Assembly: GCF_032062105.1 (NCBI RefSeq)
Contig: NW_026923852.1
Coordinates: 62,001 to 126,000, forward strand
Direction of reading: 5' to 3'
From: Saccostrea cucullata
Lineage: Eukaryota
Length of the DNA: 64,000 nucleotides
The position numbers and the translations under genes were made by a program. Positions 14,401 to 25,399 of the stretch are shown here, piece after piece (the first letter of the stretch is position 1; the number at the start of each line of letters is the position of its first letter). The notes below the pieces were generated by a model that saw nothing but the letters and a program-made list of their open reading frames with translations, was not told the DNA's origin and made no database searches.

Positions 14401-15497
14401 GAAATGAAATCTCAAGCAATTTTTTCTTAAAATCATATACTTTCATTAACATCTATTAGATAATGCCATTGTTGTGCTTTTTGCGGGGGAAGGGGAACAA
14501 ATTTATTATTTAATCTTAAGGTTTGAACAAAACGTCTTTTGTGTTACTTTTATGTCCTTTGTGTTATGAATATGTCCTTGGTGTAACTCAACCATTTTTC
14601 CTGAATTTATTTTCTAAATCTTTCTACAATTTTATCAAAACTTGCTATACAATCCTGTTGTCTTCTAATACAAAGTATATTCACAAAGCCAGTGTTTCAT
14701 ACTGTTTCATGCTGAGGTAAAATGACATATGCTTAAGATATATATGTAAGAATAATCAAATTTTATAATTTTAACAACTTTCAGCTTCATGTCATCTGAA
14801 ATTTCTTTAGTTTAAGAACCCTCAGTTTGTTTTGATAGAATATTTTTGATCAAGATGTTGAGATGATGATTCTAGAAACCTTAAATTTTTGTAAACTGTA
14901 TGCTACCTTCCAAAATGTACAGAATGGGTGTCTTGAATACTTAGAGTACGGGTTTGCCAGTATAATCGACTGTGCAGAGGCATCGTCCCCTGGTACCCTC
15001 TGTATCCAAGTTACCTTTTCTTACGTTAACTGTATGCTACCTTCAAGATCACAGATTTACATTTATACATGATAGTACCATTAGTTTATATATATACATA
15101 TATTTGTATGTAAATCATTATTTTTGTATGCATGGATATGTGTAACAGTGAGTGTATGTTTGTGTATGTGGGTATACATATATTCAGATTAGAATGTTAA
15201 ATATCTATTGAACTAACTCCAAGAGATTAGTTTGCATCAAGTTTATAATTATGTGCTAAGTACTTATTAATTGAAATTATTATTTTTGTTAATACTTAAA
15301 TGATTTTTTTGAATGACCGTCTTCAATACTTAGGGTACAGGTTTGCCTGACTGGCTGTATAGAGGTATCATCCCCTGGTGCCCTTTGTATTCAAGATGCA
15401 CTAGTTACACATCAGAGTACTACCATTATTACAAGAATTTTTTTTTAATCTTATATTTATTATTTTTATTTAATTGTTTTTTTTTTGCTTTGTTTTG

Positions 15498-15518
15498 TTT
15501 TTTAGCTCACCTGAGCCA

Positions 15519-15576
<58 letters not shown>

Positions 15577-15602
15577 GCGTTGGCGTTGGCGTTGTCGTTG
15601 TC

Positions 15603-15685
<83 letters not shown>

Positions 15686-15686
15686 T

Positions 15687-15723
<37 letters not shown>

Positions 15724-16990
15724 TGCCCTTTTCCAAGGGGAGATAATTATGAATTAGAGAAAAATTTATGGCATTTTTAAAAAATCTTCTTCTCAAAAAC
15801 CACTGGGCCAGAAAAAATGAAACTCATGTGGAATCATTCTCAGGTAGAGTAGATTCAAGTTTGTTCAAGTCATGACCCCCGGGGGTAGGGCGGGGCCAAA
15901 ATGGCCGATCAAAGTTTTACATAGGAATATATAGGAAAATCTTTAAAAATCTTCTTCTCAAGAACCATTGAAACAGGAAAGATGAAACTCATGTGAAATT
16001 ATCCTCAGGTAGAATAAATTCAAGTTTGTTCAAGTCATGACCCCCGGGGGTAGGGCGGGGCCAAAATGGCCCATCAAAGTTTTACATAGGAATATATAGG
16101 AAAAATCTTTAAAAATCTACTTATCAAGAACCACTGGGCCAGGAAAAATGAAACTCATGCGGAATCGTCCTCAGGTAGAGCAGATTCAAATTTGTTCAAG
16201 TCATGACCCGGGGGTAGGGCGGGGCCAAAATGGCCGATCAAAGTTTTACATAGGAATATATAAGAAAAATCTTTAAAAATCTTCTTCTCAAGAACCACTG
16301 GGCCAGGAAAGATGAAACTCATGTGGTTTCATCCTCAGGTAGTGTAGATTCAAGTTTGTTCAAGTCATGACCCCCAGGGGTAGGGCGGGGCCAAAATGGC
16401 CGATCAAAGTTTTACATAGGAATATATAGGAAAAATCTTTAAAAATCTTCTTCTCAAGAACCATTGAAACAGGAAAGATGAAACTCATGTGAAATTATCC
16501 TCAGGTAGTGTAAATTCAAGTTTGTTCAAGTCATGACCCCCAGGGGTAGGGCGGGGCCAAAATGGCCGATCAAAGTTTTACATAGGAATATATAGGAAAA
16601 ATCTTTAAAAATCTTCTTCTCAAGAACCACTGGGCCAGGAAAGATGAAACTCATGTGGTATCATCCTCAGGTAGTGTAGATTCAAGTTTGTTCAAGTCAT
16701 GACCCCGGGGTAAGGGTGTGGCCAAAATGGCCGACCAAAGTTTTACATAGGAATATATAGGGAAACCTTTTTAAATCTGCTTTTCAAGTACTTCAAAGCC
16801 AGGATTAGTAATATTTGTATGGAATCATCCTCAGGTAATGTAGATTCTAGTTCACTCAAGTTATGATCCCCTTGGGGGTTAAAATTCAACCCCCCCCAAC
16901 TTAAATTAACTTTCAGTTCTGATCTGATATGTGTTTTTTTTCCTAGCTGATGTGCTCAGGTGAGCGCTGTGGCCCCTGGGCCTCTTGTTT
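15498..16990 (+). mobile_element. Complete HINE carrying ~7 units of the ~166-bp satellite
   Basis: 5' TTTTTAGCTCACCTGAGC; 3' subTIR GCTCAGGTGAGC (16954-16965), hairpin GGCCC-CT-GGGCC, then a T-run. Confidence 0.9.
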
Positions 16991-17444
16991 GTTTTTGTTT
17001 TTTTTTAATCATCCTATGGTTTTTCTATACTTTGATCCAGTAAATCCTACATTTTCATGATGATACATCTTGTGGTGATGCACTTCTCAATGTCAAACTT
17101 AATCACTAGTCATATTACATTATAAACCTATGATACAGAATTGTAATCTGTGTAATCATACTGTAATAATTTGTTCATGCCCCCGAGGGCCCTTGATTGT
17201 TGAATAAACATATTAATATACATGTATATATATGAAGCAGAATTTATTCAAAATCTTTAACATGAGAAAAAGCGGAAAGCATTTGATCACTCTGATGCCT
17301 TCAACTTGATATTTAGATATCAACATTATAATAATCAATTAACACTTAATGGGTACATCAGATGATTCAATTTGATACTCGATGAGCTTGAAATTATTGA
17401 AAGATTACGTCTGTCGCATCTTTTTCATATTTCAGTGCCTATTT

Positions 17445-17556
17445 TAATAGAGGTATGCACCCCTCTCACCTGCATACTAGGCTCATGTTTCTTGTTTGAT
17501 TTGATACACAAGAGCATTGCCTTACGTACGAACAATTTCTAAAACGAGACAAGCAA
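17445..17556 (-). repeat. Inverted copy of the ~115-bp segment at 6743-6859 and 11672-11788
   Basis: Direct reverse-complement match (taatagaggtatgcacccctctcacctgcatactaggctcatg...gagacaagcaa). Confidence 0.85.
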
Positions 17557-18550
17557 TTAACAAACAAGTTGAAGAAACAAGAATTTAAAATCATAATTTC
17601 GCAAGTTGCATGCATTGTCAATATAATGACCTTGTCAGCAAAGATATAATGCTGATAAAGTCATTATTTTCACTCTGATTTTCTTTTTCTTTTCAGAGAT
17701 GTGACATGTGAAATTTATCTCTTCTCATTCAGAGAGGTGCCTGATATTTGACGATTTTTAAAATTTATTACATGAGGTAGTGAAATGATTTGTTTACATT
17801 GCCTTTAAATGCTCATTATTTAATTTTTGGAACAGTACTTTTTTTAGTGTGGTAAAAAATTCTTAAATTTATATTTTTAAAGATTCAGCACACCTGATGA
17901 TGTTGCAAATTTTGAAATGAGTAGTTCTTCAAAAGCTAGGAAAACAATTGATTTTGCAAGCCATAGCATAAGTACTAGTACCTCAGAACTGCTAAAAAAA
18001 TTAACATTATAATGTTTTCTATCCGAGATATGCTTAAATTCAGTGCAAAAAGAGTACACACACATTTTTGTTCACAAAAATAAGAAAACACCGTAAATTG
18101 CTTGCAAATAATTAGTTTATTAAACCTTTGAATACCAGCTTTTTGAAAAGAGAGGACAACGAAGCTTTTGGACATCTCTAAACGGATGTTTCATTTACAA
18201 TTTAGAAGTTTTTGACGAGGAACCCCCATTCCTGATCACTGACGGGATGGGTGTTCCAACGTAATACCCATTCCTGATCCCTGACGGAATGAGTATTTAT
18301 AGGGCCAATGTTCCGAAAAAGTGAACATATTGGAATAGTAAAATTTTGTTTCACAGTGCTAGCCTTAGATCTGTCTCCAAGGCCCCACATTGCGAATTGG
18401 TAATTTACAATATCAAAAAAAAAAAAAAAAAAGCCAAAAAAGAAAAAAGGTAAAATTATAAGCCAAATAGAGCAAATAAAGGGCTCGGGTATCCCCTCTT
18501 TGGTTCCAATTTTCAAAATTACAGATTAAAGCATTGTGTAAATTAAAATT

Positions 18551-19131
18551 TTAGTCAATGGAAGAAGAGTCCAATTTATTCGGCAGTGATATATCTATGT
18601 TGATGTATTTCTCGAGCCTCTCCATCTCCTTGTGGGCCACTTCAATCTCTTTCTGGATGCGGGCTTCCTCTCTGTTCTGTTGTGCCCGCTCCTGCTTCTC
18701 AATCTGGGCTTTTTCCTGAGACTCTGTCAAACAGAGATAATTTTAAAATACAAAATGTTTTAATTTCAAATTGGTACAAATACTGATACTTTTTCCTAGT
18801 CATAAACATTCGCATTCCAATTACTTGGAAGAAACTAATACCTACTACATTAGACAAAAAAGTTTCAGTCGAAATAACCTCATTGAATGGATATACATGT
18901 ACGCCTACCTCTCCATTTCTCAAAATCCTCCTTTTTGTTTTCAAGCAATCTCGGTGGAGGCATATTTGGGGTTTCCTCTGAAACGAAGGTGAGATCAAAA
19001 GCCACACCGCCTTTCTTTTTTGTTACTTCGTCTGTAACCACTGTACGTCGTACTTTCTCGTACGCCTCCATCTCTTCCTTCATCACGCCCACTTTGTTAT
19101 TTTTGGCAAAGCAACTTTGAAAAAGACCCAT
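18551..19131 (-). CDS. Small N-myristoylated stathmin-like coiled-coil protein (~131 aa, 2 exons)
   Basis: Exons 19131-18909 and 18723-18551 with a phase-1 GT-AG intron give [14 protein letters not shown]...[12 protein letters not shown]...[57 protein letters not shown]...*. It has an MGxxxS motif plus Cys7, and a G-x-A-F-D/E-L segment followed by a Pro cluster and a charged helix, as in stathmin-family proteins. Confidence 0.7.
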
Positions 19132-19186
19132 GATCTTTACAGAGCCCCAAGGCAATGACTGTATCTAACAACACACAAACTATTTG

Positions 19187-19224
19187 TGACGTAACAATAA
19201 GTTAGTTGATTATGACGTCATAAT
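19187..19224. promoter_or_regulatory. Tandem CRE/ATF sites upstream of the stathmin-like gene
   Basis: TGACGTAA at 19187-19194 and a perfect TGACGTCA at 19213-19220 inside a 16-bp palindrome, about 55-90 bp upstream of the ATG. Confidence 0.5.
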
Positions 19225-22200
19225 TAATTTGCTTCGATATTGTGATACGTGCATGTCTTACATTGTACGTAAAAGATTTCCCTTTATATTTTTAAAAAAT
19301 GCAGGAAATTTGAATTGTTAGTTATACATTGTAAAATGATTCATTTTAGTTGCAGACAGTCAAATTGGTTTTTTAGATATATACATGTATGTACAAATGA
19401 TTTGAAATACATGTACATTAAGAGAAGAATCCATTTAAAATAGAATCCCCCTTTTTTATTCTATGCATGACTACAGTTCAAAATTTGACCAACCTACTAC
19501 GTAGTTTGGATTCTATATTACTATTTTTTCGGGTGAAAAATATGTGTATTCATTTGCGTGCGCTACGCCACTGATTAATCTTTATTTTCATAAAAATAAT
19601 TCTACCTAATAAATCACATTATCTATAACGTACTCCGATGAAAAAAAAAATTAAAACCAACTGCCTGCGAACAGAACAATTTTTCTTGAGACACAATTAC
19701 GTACTCATTATGCCAAGCGTTTGGCTTTCACACGGTTTATTGCTCTCAATCTCACCCTATTTCATCAAAATTTGAAAAGGAGTATGAAGGTTCACTGACC
19801 TTCAGTGGAAATGTTTTTTTTAATAAATAGCGATTTCCATCTTTTGTGAACATACCAACATAGTAAAAAAAAAAAAGTCATACTAGTATTGCCCATTAGT
19901 TACTGTACAAGCACAAAAGCTATTTTTTGTGAATTTAATGTCACTTTCACAAATTATCTTCCTTTACCCCCTCCCCTTAAATTCCCAATCATGCAAGTGA
20001 AGAAGATGAACCCCCGTTCCATTTAATGAAAAAATATTATAAACAACACATTGTAAATGTTTATTTTTCAATGACGATCTTAGGTTCAGAAAAAAGTCTT
20101 TGAGAAGGAAAATGAATTTAAGTCACAACTCAAAGGGTCTAAAGTACGAATATTTTCTTTACATTGCATTTCAAGAAATGAAAACAGAGTTAAAATTCAA
20201 ATTTTCTATCAAAGAAGTTTAAATGAATGAATTATCATGTAATTTTTGTTATGTAATTATAGCCCCCCAAAATCTTTAATTTTTTTTTCGATTTCAAACT
20301 TGCGATCTGATGTATTATACCTTGCCTTGATTGTACTGAAAAGGTCCATTTCAATAAACTGAAATAAACTATATATTGAAATAGTTTTAAAACATATACT
20401 TTGGTCGTCCTTCATTTAAAACATAAGGTATGTATACATGCAGATTTATGTACTTTAGCTATCGTTATATAGTTTTGATATAGTATCAAGATGTGTGTAG
20501 AAATTGTTATACTGATGGATTTTTTTTATCCTAAGGGATGATACAATCTTTCAATCATGGCCCACCACTTGATATTTAGTTATAAGATAATATATGCAGG
20601 ATATTACATGAAGTGTTTGTTTAATACTTCTTATACTTGATAATTTAGCTATATCAGGAGACGTCCAGGAAGCAAAATATTTTAACTTTATACACTGTAT
20701 AAGATAACAATATTTTTGGACTTTGTGTCTTTGGTGTGTCATTTAAAATTAGGTTTTGCTGCATTCACAGTAAAAATATAGTCACCAGAAAGGCATTTTC
20801 TTTTGAATTTAATAGTATTCAGACTTTTTTGTCCTAGTATCTTTGAACTGCACTTAATACCCTACATTATATGTGCTCGAACGCAATTTCTTTGCAAATA
20901 CACTTGAAGAAGACATTTGCAAACGAACTCTGATAAAGTACATGTATACGTCTATTTGAACAAGTTGAAGGTGACCTTTGGGTGTGATGATATATTTCAG
21001 TGTTTGCAATTGAATGTTAAAGCAATATGAGCTGCAACTTTGATGTCTGAATATTTTTGTTTCAAAATTGTAAATAACTATTTCAATGACAGAAAAAATA
21101 ACGTTAATAAACTTTTGTTGTTCATATTTGCGATGGAAGAACTATTCATAAGCTTTGATTGAATCAAAATTACATTATTGTCGTCCTGTACAATAATGAT
21201 TTCTTATATAAAACTGTACATTGGATTATATATGGAAGTCTTTCTTCTGCTTTATTTTAGTCCAATTGGTCATAAAGGTTTAAGTTACATACAAATTTAT
21301 CATGATAACACATTTTAACAGCAGAATAAAATTTTCAAAAATGCATCTCATATTGCTTTAAATGAAGAGGATCAAGTTGTGATTTGCACGTGCAGTGAGA
21401 ATATAATGGTTGTCAGTCGTTGATCCCAAAAGCCAACATTTAGATTGTTCATAGTAATAAATTATCTACTTCAGAATTTTTTCTTTGGTATAAGAAGGAA
21501 CTTGGTGTAAGTTCGTGGTTTCCTCCCCCAATGTAGGTAATGTTTTCACCGTTTATCTGCCCGTGTGTCTGTCTGCAAAATTTCTGGAAAATTAAAGCAC
21601 TGTTTGATATGATATTGCTAATGGAATTTGCAATTGCAAGAATTTAGTAGTTAAAATATGGATGCTGAATGAATGCATTATAATCTATATTGAGTGATAG
21701 TAATGCAGTATTAATGCTAGAACTAATAACAGGTACAAAGGAGAAAATATTAAGTAGATGTATGACATATACATGTAATAGTGTTTCCAGTTATAAGGCA
21801 ATGGTTGGCAAAGCCACTGAGGGGTTCTATTATTTACGCGTTTCTTGAATACTAGTATACAACTGAACGACAGGAAACATTTTTTTTAAAGAGGAACTAT
21901 CAAACTTGGTCAAAATGGCAGAATGAAATTAAACGTTTTGACTTTTGATAAGGAAGGTTATAGTGTAAAACAAATCTTGCAATCTGGTTTTCTTTACCAA
22001 GGATCAGCTAAGGCAGCCCAGCATTGAGATCGAAAAGGGATTATATAGTCTTGACTTTAAGGCTCGAAAAGAATGTGGGGGAATAAAGTACAATATGTAC
22101 ATTCCAACTAAATGGCTTCAATATGATTATGCACAACAGGCAATTTAATGCTACTTTTTCATATCTATTCTTAAAGTAAAATGGACTGGTTAATTTATAT

Positions 22201-22964
22201 CTTTATGTAAAAACATCATTTTATAAGAAACAACAGAATAATAATTTTCTCTCTTGTAGATAATGTATTTCCATCATAAAAAGAAACAAAAGCCCTGTCC
22301 CTGATAAGTTAAAATGTAAAGCAATAACATAGGTCGTTGGCCATTTATAAAATATGATTAAATGTAAAAATATTTGTCCTCATGATCAGGAGAGTACATG
22401 ACTGCATTTTAAATAAAAGTAACATATACACAAGATTTTATCTTGTTACAGCCAAAGGCATGAATTATACATACAATACTTGAATATTGACACCGTTTGC
22501 TTCAGTGATTTTGCCCTTTTATAGACAGGACTGGAGAGAAAATTCTAGCGTTTGAATGGTACCTATTGTTGTAACAATGAATTGCAGTTGTAACTTGATC
22601 CTACACTTTAAAATTAAGGTGATCTGAACAGGTCATTGTGTCAACCGCAAACAACAACAACGTCATTGTTGTACCTTGTAACCAAAACCGGGTGCGTACC
22701 TCATATACCGGTATACATGGACATCTTTTGCAGTTCAGGGAGTACTCGGTCATGCTAACTGATTCGTTCAGTTTGACACAAATTTCGTATTAGATTCCAA
22801 ATTATCAATCATATTATATGACAAGAAATGACTTAAACAATTCGAATAAATACTTGGACACTTTCATGAGTAAATGGCAAGTTTATAGTACACTCTCATT
22901 GCAACTTAGTCTTAAAAAATGTTGAACACAAATAACATTTTCCCTTAGAAAAATATTGTTATGA

Positions 22965-23921
22965 TCAAGCTTCGAAATCCTTTCCAAACTCATCGGCAAG
23001 TTCGTCCGGAGGTCTCAATTCCACCTGAAAATTATGTGCTTTTCCTTCGGTCGCCAATTTGTTTTTGTACACATTAAATGAAACTCCCAATGCCAGAGCC
23101 ATCCGTCGACAGTTTGCTGTAGAATCGCACATATAAGCGTGACATTCCATTTCTTTGGTCCGTGAGGACAATTGATTCACTACAATGAAAGTAAACACTT
23201 TCCAGTACTTTAGATCTTGGACACCGTAGGAAATGAAGTCGATGGGTATGAGTCCATAATTGACCTTGTCCTTGACAGTATTGGCCTTGTGCTCCCTGAT
23301 GTCAATTCCTCGACCAGAAATGACCACGTAAGTCAGAGGCAACTCCACTTTCTCATTTGCCAACAAACTGTCTTTAACCACTCTAACGAGCTCATCCACC
23401 GGTTTTCGCACATGATGAAGTCCAAATAAGCCTTTCACTTCTTTCTTTCCAAGATATTTTGCTACGAAAATCTGTGGTAGTTTGTCTACACGTATAGTGA
23501 GAAATTTAGAGTCAGGAGTCGTCACCGCCTTGCTTTTAGGAGCTTTGTCAAACTTGGTAAGTTTTCGAAGCTTCGATAACACAGAATCCCCTTTCTTCTT
23601 GTCCTTCTCGGACGATTGGCGTTTTGGTACGCTCTTTTCTGGGGTTTTACTCTCTGGGGATACATCCTGGCCGCTGCCTGTACTTTCTTTGTCACCGGTA
23701 ACTTCTGAGGTGGAAGAACTAGCCCCCGTGGACAGAGTTTCTGACCCCTCTTCCTCGTGTTCCTCCTCAGTTCTCGTCACTTCTGACATTTCTAAATCAG
23801 CATCGATCTTAATTTCATCTAATCGATCTAACACCTCAGAAAAATCCGACTTCAGTTTTTCCTCGATCACACTTTCTTCACTATTATTGCGATCCTCCAT
23901 TCCACTTTCAAGATCCGACAT
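22965..23921 (-). CDS. Single-coding-exon PTB/PID-domain adaptor protein (~318 aa)
   Basis: Uninterrupted ORF; first ATG at 23921. Acidic, Ser-rich N-half followed by PTB hallmarks FVAKYLG, ISYGVQD..VFTFIV, ECHAYMC, ALALGVSF. Confidence 0.85.
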   Translation of the reverse strand: MSDLESGMEDRNNSEESVIEEKLKSDFSEVLDRLDEIKIDADLEMSEVTRTEEEHEEEGSETLSTGASSSTSEVTGDKESTGSGQDVSPESKTPEKSVPKRQSSEKDKKKGDSVLSKLRKLTKFDKAPKSKAVTTPDSKFLTIRVDKLPQIFVAKYLGKKEVKGLFGLHHVRKPVDELVRVVKDSLLANEKVELPLTYVVISGRGIDIREHKANTVKDKVNYGLIPIDFISYGVQDLKYWKVFTFIVVNQLSSRTKEMECHAYMCDSTANCRRMALALGVSFNVYKNKLATEGKAHNFQVELRPPDELADEFGKDFEA

Positions 23922-24525
23922 TTTGAATTCCAAAACTTGTAAGTGTCAAAATATTATACCACACACTTCCCACACACCTGGCAAATGAGTGAGACTATAG
24001 TCCATTCATTTCAGGTAAACGTATTGGACCTGAACGATTTAAGTCGGGCCTTAAAAGATATGACTCTTATCACCACTCATTCCTTATGCATAGTAAAAAA
24101 TACAAAGGTATTCGTTCGAAAGTCAACAACGTGTTCAAAATACGTCTTATGGGCGAAGAGGATTGCGATATTTAAAAAGCAGAATAAAATTCTCCCTTGC
24201 CATTGAACGCAAACAAAAGCAGATCTATTGATTGATCGGCTACGTCATATAACAACAGCATGTGTAATTTAAATGAACTGGGAAAATGTTTGTCTTACGT
24301 TGTATTACCATATCTTACATAACCGTCTGATAAAATCTCATTATAAAGCATAGCTGGGTATTATTCGATTTAATTAGGTAAAGCAGGCATATACCCGTCC
24401 CTATACTAAATCTGCAAGAATGTTGTTGTGAAGGTTAAAAAAAAATTTTGTCAGTTATTTAAAAAGTAAAAATGAATGAATTAATAAATGAATCAAATAC
24501 TAGTTAAAAAAAAATTGATAAAAGA

Positions 24526-24568
<43 letters not shown>

Positions 24569-24600
24569 ATTACATAGAATAAATAAATAAATAAATAAAT
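24526..24600. repeat. (TAAA)n microsatellite
   Basis: Interrupted TAAA run. Confidence 0.9.
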
Positions 24601-25399
24601 TTTTGAATGATTAAATGAATAAATAATTTAACAAACGAAACATGAAGTTCCGATTATCTTAAAGTTGGAGATACAAATAAATTTTGTATTTTCCTACATG
24701 TTTTACCTCATTTTACCTAGTTAGGAGAAGACCAACTCAGTAAGAGAAAAATACAGTAACTGCAATATACTTTTACTTACTACATCGAGATCTCCCCATA
24801 AATTAAATAAATTCTTAAATAAAAATAACCCCACTCTATAGATTTTAGAAAGCACATGTAATCCTCAAATTTAAGAAATATTTAAAAAAGTATTATTTAC
24901 GATGGTAATAAATTTAGGAAGGAAACCCTATGCATAAATTACAGGCAATATTGCAAGTCTCTACTGATATGGAAAAAAAACCCCACGAAAAATCACCACA
25001 ATTGTACCTTTATTTATATAAATACATAAATTTACATATTAAGATTTTCCACATCATACTAGATTTTGAAAAAGGGAAAAACGAATTGTGCCCAGAATAA
25101 TGAAGATGGTTTAAATTAACTTACTTGATAGAATTACGAAGAACTCTCTGATCGACTTAACTAATTTAGTTTTACATCCGGGCATTTTTAGAAAAAAATA
25201 GTCAGCCATTTTCGTGAAAATAAACAGAGGACATACTTTATCAAACATATTGCTTTGTGTAAGGAAAAAAGATCTAACAAAAGAAAATAGCTTGCTTTTG
25301 AAAAATGTGATTAAATATTCAGATTAATTATTCTTAGCAGCGAAAAATAACGATTGTAACCGAAGGAAATGTACCGTGTTAAATCAAAAATGTAGAAGA

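Larger units (their letters stand above)
6502..16368. repeat. ~4.93-kb tandem segmental duplication (copy A 6502-11423, 7-bp filler 11424-11430, copy B 11431-16368)
   Basis: Near-identical sequence at offset ~4929-4945, also visible as paired ORFs in the track (6608/11537, 7326/12255, 9588/14523). The copies differ by scattered SNPs and indels. Confidence 0.95.

Noticed and set aside
23482-23988. 168-aa plus-strand ORF
   Set aside because: Antisense shadow of the PTB gene; Ser-rich with no independent features.
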